Shown here piece after piece: positions 1 through 8,030 of a stretch of DNA of 61,291 nt. The DNA is from Candidatus Gottesmanbacteria bacterium (lineage in GTDB: Bacteria > Patescibacteriota > Microgenomatia > UBA10105), in contig JAHFKJ010000005.1 of assembly GCA_023245415.1 (NCBI GenBank), positions 7,535 through 68,825 on the forward strand, in the 5' to 3' direction. Both the position numbers and the translations under genes were made by a program. The first letter of the stretch is position 1; each line of letters starts with the position of its first letter. The notes beneath the pieces are model-generated. The model saw only the letters and a list, made by a program, of their open reading frames with translations. It was not told the origin of the DNA and searched no databases.

Positions 1-1
1 C

Positions 2-790
2 TTTGAATCAAGCGATCTAACTCATGCGGAATTTGAAAAATTCACGCGAGAATTAAACCTGCTCACCCTACTACCTACGCAAAATCGTATCGAAAACATG
101 CGTATCATAAAAAATCTAGATGAAATTACGAAACTTAAAAAAGCGATCCAGATCACCGACGAGTGTTTTGCAAAAATTCTTACACATCTAAAATCAGGAG
201 TTTCGGAATCTGAAATCGCCTGGGACATAGAAACATATTTTCGTAACAATGGCGCCCAGTCGGCGTTCCCCCCCATCGTTGCGTTTGACGTAAATGCCTC
301 TCAACCTCACTACGCGTCCTCTGAACGCTATACGTTAAACGCTAACTCGCTCATTCTCCTTGATTTTGGTGCCAAGTTTAATGGTTACTGCGCAGATATG
401 ACACGAATGGCATTTTTGGGTTATCCAAATCCTGAAATTGAAAAAGCATATGAGGCTTTAAAAAATGCCCAACAGAAGGCACTCGATTTATTAAAAGCAG
501 GAAAAAGAAATGGAGCTCATCTTGATAAAGCTACACGAGATGAATTGGCTATAGCGAGTTATCCACCCTACCCTCACAGTTTAGGACACGCTGTAGGGTT
601 GGCAATTCATGAAGCACCCCGTCTAAGTATACGCCAGGATGAAATCCTAAAACCCGGCATGGTTGTATCTGTTGAACCGGGAATTTACGTAGAAGGCAAA
701 TTCGGAATGCGCATCGAAGATTTGGTCTTGATAACTGATACGGGAATTGAAGTATTATCAAAATCTCCGAAAAACCTTACCGTATTATAA
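2..790 (+). CDS. Xaa-Pro aminopeptidase, M24 family (5' partial)
   Basis: Motifs DFGAKFNGYCADMTR, HSLGHAVGLAIHE, EPGIY, RIED; frame is open from window start (FESSDLTHAEF...). Confidence 0.93.
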   Translation, partial: FESSDLTHAEFEKFTRELNLLTLLPTQNRIENMRIIKNLDEITKLKKAIQITDECFAKILTHLKSGVSESEIAWDIETYFRNNGAQSAFPPIVAFDVNASQPHYASSERYTLNANSLILLDFGAKFNGYCADMTRMAFLGYPNPEIEKAYEALKNAQQKALDLLKAGKRNGAHLDKATRDELAIASYPPYPHSLGHAVGLAIHEAPRLSIRQDEILKPGMVVSVEPGIYVEGKFGMRIEDLVLITDTGIEVLSKSPKNLTVL

Positions 791-802
791 TTAGTCAACT
801 GT

Positions 803-1102
803 ATGGACAAAAATCAATCTTATCCCACGCCCGAAATGACACAGTTATTTAAAGCCATCTGCCAGCTTAAATCTGAAAATGAAGCTGAAAAATTCTTTAG
901 GGATCTACTGACGCTCCCAGAACTTAAAGAGTTCGCCAATAGATGGCAAATTGTTAAATTACTGATACAAAGAAAACCGTATACAGAAATTGCCCAGAAA
1001 CTCCAAGTTTCGACGGCGACAGTGACCCGCGTCGCCCATTGGCTCCATCGGGGCATGGGTGGTTACCAACTCATTGCTTCTCGAATTTTAAAATCCCGGT
1101 AA
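803..1102 (+). CDS. YerC/YecD TrpR-like repressor
   Basis: FFRDLLT..EL...RW...L....Y.EIA..L.VSTATVTRVA.WL..G.GGY pattern. Confidence 0.9.
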   Translation: MDKNQSYPTPEMTQLFKAICQLKSENEAEKFFRDLLTLPELKEFANRWQIVKLLIQRKPYTEIAQKLQVSTATVTRVAHWLHRGMGGYQLIASRILKSR

Positions 1103-1164
1103 AACAAAATGTAAGTCAGTAGCTGGATAAAATAAGCATTGACGTGCGATATTATTGGCAAATT

Positions 1165-1284
1165 TTAGGGATACTTTTTATATTTTTTGGTCATGAAGAT
1201 CGCCGGACTGCCCGGCTCACGATATGACGTATTTTCACTCACATTTTGATCAATGCACACGTGACCTACTATAGTTATATTCAT
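1165..1284 (-). pseudogene. Truncated PfkB-like kinase N-terminal remnant (39 aa)
   Basis: Manual translation MNITIVGHVCIDQNVSENTSYREPGSPAIFMTKKYKKYP*, resembling a PfkB N-terminus. Confidence 0.5.
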
Positions 1285-1347
1285 AAAAATTGAGAGTAAC
1301 AATTATTACTATCATTATACAAAATATGAACACAGGCCTGCCACCTC

Positions 1348-1383
1348 TTGACAGCTTTATATTAGTATGTTAATATACTAATA
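1348..1383 (+). promoter_or_regulatory. Sigma70-like promoter with overlapping operator palindrome
   Basis: TTGACA 1348-1353, 17-nt spacer, TGnTAATAT 1368-1376; inverted repeat TATTAGTAT-N6-ATACTAATA 1360-1383. Confidence 0.7.
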
Positions 1384-1441
1384 CAATGAAGTGCAACTGA
1401 TTTCTTGAGTCTGCCTTCATATGGTCGACTTAAAAATACGT

Positions 1442-1510
1442 ATGAAAAAATCTAACAGTTTTACTAAACATCATTCAATCCCCTTCGTTGGTGGGTTGAT
1501 TGTCGTGTAA
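1442..1510 (+). CDS. Putative His leader peptide MKKSNSFTKHHSIPFVGGLIVV
   Basis: 22-aa ORF with tandem CAT CAT codons lying between the promoter and a terminator. Confidence 0.65.
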   Translation: MKKSNSFTKHHSIPFVGGLIVV

Positions 1511-1533
1511 AGGAAAATCGAACAGATATTTTC

Positions 1534-1559
1534 AAACCCGCTAGCTAGCGGGTTTTTTT
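1534..1559 (+). terminator. Intrinsic terminator / attenuator
   Basis: Perfect palindrome AAACCCGCTAGCTAGCGGGTTT ending in a T7 run, upstream of the structural genes. Confidence 0.85.
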
Positions 1560-1632
1560 GTGGATTTTAAGAACAACGAGAAAATCAACAGGCTATTTAA
1601 GAAAAAATAAGAAAATAGATTATTACAGAACT

Positions 1633-2451
1633 ATGAAAATAAATAAACTTTTTATATGTTACCCAGGAGGCAATATTAATGCGGTCGTGGCTGATTTAAT
1701 TCCCAAATCAGAACGTACAGTGGTAGCAGAAAAACTTTTAAATACCTACAATTTAAATAAATCTATCGACAGGCAAATAGAACAAGTGCTTTTCTTAGAA
1801 AGGCCTCATAATCCAAAAGCAATGATACGATTATGTCTGACTGGTGAAGAATTTTCTGGAAATGCCTCTTTATGTGCTGCAAGATTAGTACTTTTAGATA
1901 AAAGTTCAGGTTTTATTGAAATTTCCGGCAGTAAAAGACCATTACTTGCTAAAAATTTTGGCAAAGAATACATAAGCTGTGAAATACCATTTTCTAATAC
2001 CCCTAGTTTACAATACAGCAGTGAAAAATATCCGCTTATCAGTATGGAGGGTATCAATCATATCGTTGTTATAATTGAGAAGCTTACATCTTCATTAATA
2101 CTTAGAAAACGCGCCAAGTTAATTATTGAAAATAATAGGCTTAATCAAAAATTAGCAGTTGGTGTATTGTTTGTACTAAAATCCGGCGCAAAAATATTAC
2201 TATTCCCATACATTTATTTCAAAAAAGGGGAAAGGTATGAACTTGTTGCAGAAACTGCATGTGGAAGTGGCAGTGTTGCTGTCGCTATCTATGAGCTGTT
2301 CAACAGTCCAATGATAAATTATCTGACAGTTCCAATAATGCAACCGTCAGGGTATAAGCTCAACGTCAATCTTAAAAAGAAAATCAATCAAATTAATTGT
2401 ACTCTTAAAGGTAAGGTAAAAATACTCTACGAAGGAACATATTATTTATAA
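1633..2451 (+). CDS. DapF-fold, CntK-like histidine racemase homologue
   Basis: YPGGN, EQVLF, GEEFSGNA, ETACGSGS, QPSG and terminal LKGKV motifs are colinear with CntK as I recall it; 272 aa. Confidence 0.75.
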   Translation: MKINKLFICYPGGNINAVVADLIPKSERTVVAEKLLNTYNLNKSIDRQIEQVLFLERPHNPKAMIRLCLTGEEFSGNASLCAARLVLLDKSSGFIEISGSKRPLLAKNFGKEYISCEIPFSNTPSLQYSSEKYPLISMEGINHIVVIIEKLTSSLILRKRAKLIIENNRLNQKLAVGVLFVLKSGAKILLFPYIYFKKGERYELVAETACGSGSVAVAIYELFNSPMINYLTVPIMQPSGYKLNVNLKKKINQINCTLKGKVKILYEGTYYL

Positions 2452-2513
2452 TCAATTTTCCAAACTTCTTGTTTCCATAACAAGAACTTGATACGATACG
2501 AAGGTTACTTAGT

Positions 2514-3737
2514 ATGAATAAAATTCAAAACTTAAAAGGCTTTCGGGATTTTTTGCCCGGTGAAGCGCTCAAACGCGAGTGGCTCAAAAAGAAAATTTCA
2601 GATACGTTTAAACTCTGGGGGTATGATCCTCTGGAAACTCCCACGCTTGAACCACTCGAACTTTTTGCCGGGCAAATTGGTGAAGATGAAAAATTATTTT
2701 TCAAATTCAAAGATCCCGGTGGTCGCGATGTAGCCCTTCGCTACGACCAAACAGTCCCTACCTGCCGTGTCGTAGGTCAATACGGCGGACAATTGGTCAT
2801 GCCTTTCAAACGCTTTCAAATCCAATCAGCGTTTCGCGCCGAAAACACTCAAAAAGGACGCTACCGTGAATTTTTGCAGGCTGATGCGGATATTTTTGGC
2901 ATTGATTCCCCGTTTGCGGATGCCGAGGTGATCGCTTTATCTTTGGATATATACAAGCAAATTGGTTTTAAACGGGCGAAAGTACTCATCAATGATCGCA
3001 CACTCCTTAAAGATTTTCCCTATGAAGCAATCGTGGCAATCGATAAAATCAAAAAAATTGGCGCAGACGGGGTGATAAAGACTATGGAAAATAAAGGTAT
3101 AACTTTTGAAGATGCAAAAAAATATCTGCAGACGATAAAAAATCTCCAACCAAATGAGACGATTAAAACAATTCTGAACTACTTAAAATCAGCCGGGTAC
3201 CCGCCAGATTGGTACGAGTTTGACCCAACGATCGCCCGCTCATTTTCATACTCTTCCGGGGTTATTTGGGAAGTGGAAATTCCTGACTATCCGGGGTCTT
3301 CAATTTTAGGAGGTGAACACTACGACAAACTAATTGAAAAAATCTCCGGCGCTCAAATTCCCGGAACCGGATTTGCTGTCGGTTTTGACCGCACGTTTGA
3401 GGCGGCAGTATCACTGAATTTAATTCCTCAAGTCACTACGAATACTCACGTTTTAGTAACCATATTTGATTCAAGTTTACAAACTAAATCACTTGAAGTA
3501 GCAATGACACTGCGAAACGCTCACATTCAAACTGAACTGTATCCTGATCCCAATGCCAAGCTGGAAAAACAACTAAAATATGCTGACCGTAAAGGTATTC
3601 CCTTTTGTGTGATTATCGGACCCCAAGAAGCTGGCACTAATAAAGTAAAACTTAAAAACATGAAAGAAAAAAGTCAAGAAGTGATAAATATGGAGGAACT
3701 TATTAAGAATTACGCACATAGGGTTCAACCCTTTTAG
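2514..3737 (+). CDS. hisS: Histidine--tRNA ligase
   Basis: KGFRDFLP, LRYDQTVP, FRAENTQKGRYREFLQADAD, GFAVGFDR, anticodon domain KQLKYAD. Confidence 0.97.
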   Translation: MNKIQNLKGFRDFLPGEALKREWLKKKISDTFKLWGYDPLETPTLEPLELFAGQIGEDEKLFFKFKDPGGRDVALRYDQTVPTCRVVGQYGGQLVMPFKRFQIQSAFRAENTQKGRYREFLQADADIFGIDSPFADAEVIALSLDIYKQIGFKRAKVLINDRTLLKDFPYEAIVAIDKIKKIGADGVIKTMENKGITFEDAKKYLQTIKNLQPNETIKTILNYLKSAGYPPDWYEFDPTIARSFSYSSGVIWEVEIPDYPGSSILGGEHYDKLIEKISGAQIPGTGFAVGFDRTFEAAVSLNLIPQVTTNTHVLVTIFDSSLQTKSLEVAMTLRNAHIQTELYPDPNAKLEKQLKYADRKGIPFCVIIGPQEAGTNKVKLKNMKEKSQEVINMEELIKNYAHRVQPF

Positions 3738-3768
3738 CTATATAAAATTGAAATTAGGGTTGAACCCT
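3719..3768. repeat. REP-like inverted pair AGGGTTCAACCCT / AGGGTTGAACCCT (family A)
   Basis: Two palindromic units in inverted orientation; recurs at 22029 and 53022. Confidence 0.85.
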
Positions 3769-3784
3769 TTACAAACTACCCAAC

Positions 3785-4711
3785 ATGAAATGGTTTAAGT
3801 CTTTAAATAATAAACAAATCGCGATTATCGCCCTGATTATTGCCAATACGATATGGGGCGCTGCCTCACCGATATTTAAATGGTCGTTGCAAAATATTCC
3901 TCTTTTTACGCTGGCTTTTTTTCGCTTTTATTTCGCTACGCTGCTTTTGCTCCCTTTTGCCATCAGACAAAATTTACGTTTAACCGGAGAGGGAATTATC
4001 AAAATAGCCAGTCTGACTTTTTTTGGAATCACCGTCAACATAATCTTCTTCTTCCTGGGACTAAAGTTTGCGCCCTCAATTAACGCTCCCATCATCGCTT
4101 CCTCTGGTCCAATTCTATTAATCATAGCTTCGATACTAATACTTAAGGAAAAACCGGCAAAAAAAACTATAATCGGCACCTGTGTGGGCTTAATTGGTGT
4201 ATTTATCATCATTCTGCGGCCACTGCTGGAAAATGGATTTAATTTCTCGGCAATTCTAGGTAATAGTTTTTTTGTACTAGCAACGATTGGGGCAGTCGGT
4301 CACACGATCGTAAGTAAGGAAATTCTGGGTCGTTATTCTGCCCTGTATATCACCTTCTGGTCTTTTCTTCTGGGAAGTATCTCATTTTTCCCATTTTTTC
4401 TAAGTGAAACTTTTGCTAATAATGGAATTTTGCGATTGGACATCAGAGGCTGGACAGGTTTAATATTCGGCATATTTTTATCTTCAACACTTGCCTATCT
4501 GATTTACGAATGGGCAATAGAAAAAATGACCGCTTCCGAGACTGGGATATTTACCTACGTTGACCCGGTGGTAGCTACAATTATCGCCATTCCCCTACTT
4601 CATGAAGTAATTACACCTTTGTTTATTCTCGGATCTTTTTTCGTATTCTTAGGAATTTTTGTGGCTGAAGGCCGCTTCCACTGGCACCCGCTCCATATAC
4701 TTCATAATTAA
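3785..4711 (+). CDS. DMT/EamA family transporter
   Basis: About 10 TM segments; IWG, LKEK and LLHE two-repeat EamA pattern. Confidence 0.92.
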   Translation: MKWFKSLNNKQIAIIALIIANTIWGAASPIFKWSLQNIPLFTLAFFRFYFATLLLLPFAIRQNLRLTGEGIIKIASLTFFGITVNIIFFFLGLKFAPSINAPIIASSGPILLIIASILILKEKPAKKTIIGTCVGLIGVFIIILRPLLENGFNFSAILGNSFFVLATIGAVGHTIVSKEILGRYSALYITFWSFLLGSISFFPFFLSETFANNGILRLDIRGWTGLIFGIFLSSTLAYLIYEWAIEKMTASETGIFTYVDPVVATIIAIPLLHEVITPLFILGSFFVFLGIFVAEGRFHWHPLHILHN

Positions 4712-4806
4712 GTAAATTTACTAAAAAAATTGCATTAAGTTAAACAATACAACGATTTTGTGTAATTCTATAGCAAAAAGTGCTGAAACTGTGGTATAAT
4801 ACCCTA

Positions 4807-5118
4807 ATGAAATCGAATATTCATCCCCAATGGTACCCGCAAGCACTTGTCAATTGCGCCTGTGGAAACACATTCAAAATTGGCTCAACTAAAGATGGTT
4901 TTCGGGTTGAAATTTGTTCGAAATGTCATCCGTTTTTTACCGGTGAGATGCGTTATGCTGATACCGAAGGTAAAGTAAGCAGCTTCATCAAGAAGCAGGA
5001 AAAAGCCAAAGAACAGGCGCCAATACTTGCCAAAAAGAAAGCTAAAAAGCAGGGCCTCAAACTGCAAAACGAAGTCACCGGTCCGAAATCCCTCAAAGAA
5101 ATGCTCATGGGAGCTTAA
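4807..5118 (+). CDS. rpmE: 50S ribosomal protein L31 (Zn type, C-terminal extension)
   Basis: MKSNIHP, CACGN, EICSKCHPFFTG. Confidence 0.96.
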   Translation: MKSNIHPQWYPQALVNCACGNTFKIGSTKDGFRVEICSKCHPFFTGEMRYADTEGKVSSFIKKQEKAKEQAPILAKKKAKKQGLKLQNEVTGPKSLKEMLMGA

Positions 5119-5216
5119 GTAGTAATTATAAAACTAAAATCCCAAAACTAAAAGACCTTCTTCACGAGATTTTTGATCGAAATTAATGGAAAATTAGTGT
5201 GGTTATTAATATTGAT

Positions 5217-5915
5217 ATGAAAACTGACATTGCAATTTTAGAATTTCGACCCGGCCCGGGAGGCGAAGAGGCCAGAATTTGGGCCCAGGATTTGCTGCGT
5301 ATGTACACCCGCTACGCCAGCATATCAGCGTGGAAAGTCGAACAACTCAGCGATACAGCTTTACGAATCCGCGGACCGGAAGTTTTTACAAAGCTACAAT
5401 ATGAATCAGGAACTCATCGGGTCCAGCGCATTCCGATAACTGAACGTTCGGGACGCATCCATACTTCTACCGCCACCGTGGCAGTTTTACCCGATGTTCC
5501 CGAAACTGAAATTAATATCCGGCCCGAAGACCTGGCGTGGGAGTTTTATCGCTCGGGTGGAAAAGGCGGTCAAAACGTCAACAAGGTTTCTTCCGCTGCC
5601 CGGGTCAGACATACGCCCTCCGGGATTATAGCTTCTGCTCAAACCGAACGCGACCAATATCAAAACCGTGCTGTTGCCTTATCCATCTTACGCAGTAAAC
5701 TCTGGGAACAAATGGAACTGAAAAGAACACAAGCCTTAGGTGAAGCACGCAGTGTAATTGGCAAAGGCATGCGAGCCGAAAAAATCCGTACGTATAATTA
5801 TCCCCAATCTCGAGTCACTGACCATCGAATAAATAAATCCTGGCACAACCTGGAAGATGTGCTGGATGGAAAAATGGCAAAAATTACGCAAACTTTACTT
5901 ACTTCTCAAGTTTAA
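5217..5915 (+). CDS. prfA: Peptide chain release factor 1 lacking the N-terminal domain
   Basis: ESGTHRVQRIP-I-T (PxT), GGQNVNK, EKIRTYNYPQSRVTDHRI; follows rpmE. Confidence 0.88.
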   Translation: MKTDIAILEFRPGPGGEEARIWAQDLLRMYTRYASISAWKVEQLSDTALRIRGPEVFTKLQYESGTHRVQRIPITERSGRIHTSTATVAVLPDVPETEINIRPEDLAWEFYRSGGKGGQNVNKVSSAARVRHTPSGIIASAQTERDQYQNRAVALSILRSKLWEQMELKRTQALGEARSVIGKGMRAEKIRTYNYPQSRVTDHRINKSWHNLEDVLDGKMAKITQTLLTSQV

Positions 5916-5926
5916 CATTTATAATT

Positions 5927-6733
5927 ATGAAGACTACTTTACAGTTACCCCAAATCAACCCAGAAAAAGAAACTCAAAAAATCACCCAGTTTATTAAAGA
6001 CACTTTAAAAAAACAGAGATTTAAAAAAGCGGTGATTGCTCTCTCGGGCGGAGTTGATTCCACAACGACATTGTATTTAACCCTCCAAGCTCTGGGTAAG
6101 CAAAATGTCGATATACTCTTGCTACCCTATGGAACAATGAGTGATGAGGCAACTCGAGATGCTACAGTTGCCTGTGAAATCGCAAATGTTTCAAAAAGTA
6201 ATATTCAGACAATTGATATCAGAAGTGCGGTTGATACTCTAGTTACATCCCTGAATATTCGCAATAACGACATTTCTGCCGGACATCGGGTCGGCAACAT
6301 TATGGCCCGGATCAGAATGATCGAAATTTTTGATCAGGCTAAAAAAATGAATTCGCTCGTTATTGGCACTGAAAATAAAAGCGAACATTATTTAGGATAT
6401 TTTACGCGTTTTGGCGATGAAGCGTCTGACATCGAACCAATCCGCCACCTGTATAAAACTCAAATTTTTGAACTGGCTCGCTATTTAGGAGTACCTGACA
6501 AAGTTGTCACCAAGGCCCCAACTGCAGAGTTATGGCAGGGACAAACCGATGAAGGCGAATTTGGATTTACCTATACCACTGCGGATCAAATTTTGTATGG
6601 ATTAGTAGAAAAAAAACTTTCGCCAAAACAGCTTCTGAAATCCGGCATCAGACAGTCCGATATTAATCGCGTCATGAAACGGGTGGAAGCAAATCAGTTT
6701 AAACACCATGTACCGATACTGCTAAAGAAGTAA
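5927..6733 (+). CDS. nadE: NH3-dependent NAD+ synthetase
   Basis: SGGVDS, GNIMARIRM, GYFTRFGD, KAPTAELW. Confidence 0.96.
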   Translation: MKTTLQLPQINPEKETQKITQFIKDTLKKQRFKKAVIALSGGVDSTTTLYLTLQALGKQNVDILLLPYGTMSDEATRDATVACEIANVSKSNIQTIDIRSAVDTLVTSLNIRNNDISAGHRVGNIMARIRMIEIFDQAKKMNSLVIGTENKSEHYLGYFTRFGDEASDIEPIRHLYKTQIFELARYLGVPDKVVTKAPTAELWQGQTDEGEFGFTYTTADQILYGLVEKKLSPKQLLKSGIRQSDINRVMKRVEANQFKHHVPILLKK

Positions 6734-6771
6734 CTGTCTTGATAAACTTGGTAAATCCTATATTTTGAAAT

Positions 6772-7956
6772 CTAGCCTGAATATTCGGAGAGGGTTATTG
6801 TTATCGTTGCATCTTTTCCATCTCTCCAATATGTCACAGTTATAGTATCGCCGACTTTTTTCCTGCTGATAATCTGTGCGACTTCGCCATCAGTTCCCGC
6901 TACACGCTGGTTATCTATTTTGGTAATTATATCTCCTTTATCAAGACCTACCTTTTCCGCCGGACTGCCTGAAATCACCGCGACGATATACGCTCCTTCC
7001 GGTACATCGTTTAAAAGTGCGATTCTTTTGTCGATACTTTTATATTTAACTCCCAAAAATGGCCGTGAAAATTGACCAGTATTATTAAAGTTTACCAATG
7101 CTTCTTTTACTACATTTATAGGCAGGGCAAATCCGATGTTTTGTCCTCCTTGGGCAATAGCAGTATTTACGCCGATCGCCTGACCCGATGAATTAAGCAA
7201 TGGCCCACCTGAGTTACCCGGGTTGATTGCTGCATCAGTCTGAATAACGTTATCCAATTTTTCACCAACTCCATCAAATGGACCCCCGGCAGTAATTCCC
7301 CGGCCTAAACCTGAGATCACACCGGTCGTTACCGTATTGCGAAATTCTCCCAAAGCAGTACCAATCGCGATTGCGAATTGTCCCGCTTTAAGTTTTGACG
7401 AATCTCCCATTTCAATCGGCTGTAAGCCAGTTGCGGTGATCTTAAGTATAGCCAAATCATTCGTCGGATCACGATATATTTTCTGCACATCATAAGTTTT
7501 GTCATTTATAGTTATCACCCGATATTTAGCATCGGTTTCAGAAACGACATGCTTATTCGTTACTATGAGTCCATCACTTGAGACAATAAAACCGCTACCG
7601 ATATCCTGTTCTATTTTTTCCATTTTTCCCGGCTGTTGCTGACGAAATACATTAAAAGGATCATACGGGTCAATTTCAAAAGGCCTGCCAGTAGATCGGG
7701 TTGTGGAAATCCCTACTGTAACGACCGATGGCGATACTTTATCTACAACGTCAACTACCAGCGATTCTTCATGTACCACGCGTACATTTTCATCTTTTAC
7801 CGTACTTGGGAAAGACGACTTATTACTTGTAAACGCGGGAAGTTTAATCCGCTGCCCAATGTCTTTCCAGGTTATACCAAAAACTCCGGAAGAAACTCCA
7901 ATCCAGATCGAAATAAGCAAAGCACCAATAAGAAGTATATTACGTGATTTATTCAT
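6772..7956 (-). CDS. HtrA/DegP serine protease with PDZ domain
   Basis: TNKHV, DLAILK, QTDAAINPGNSGGPL; N-terminal TM. Confidence 0.95.
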   Translation of the reverse strand: MNKSRNILLIGALLISIWIGVSSGVFGITWKDIGQRIKLPAFTSNKSSFPSTVKDENVRVVHEESLVVDVVDKVSPSVVTVGISTTRSTGRPFEIDPYDPFNVFRQQQPGKMEKIEQDIGSGFIVSSDGLIVTNKHVVSETDAKYRVITINDKTYDVQKIYRDPTNDLAILKITATGLQPIEMGDSSKLKAGQFAIAIGTALGEFRNTVTTGVISGLGRGITAGGPFDGVGEKLDNVIQTDAAINPGNSGGPLLNSSGQAIGVNTAIAQGGQNIGFALPINVVKEALVNFNNTGQFSRPFLGVKYKSIDKRIALLNDVPEGAYIVAVISGSPAEKVGLDKGDIITKIDNQRVAGTDGEVAQIISRKKVGDTITVTYWRDGKDATITITLSEYSG

Positions 7957-8030
7957 CGTTATCATCCCTTAAATATTATTGTAACATTAGCGCTACTAAC
8001 TGAAAAATAGCTGAAGATCAATCAGAAAGT

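Noticed and set aside
1633..4711. Staphylopine-type metallophore cluster
   Set aside because: No cntL (nicotianamine synthase-like), cntM or metal ABC importer adjacent; context points to histidine/translation
5199..5915. prfB with programmed +1 frameshift explaining the short ORF
   Set aside because: Has PxT rather than SPF, and there is no room for an upstream partial ORF
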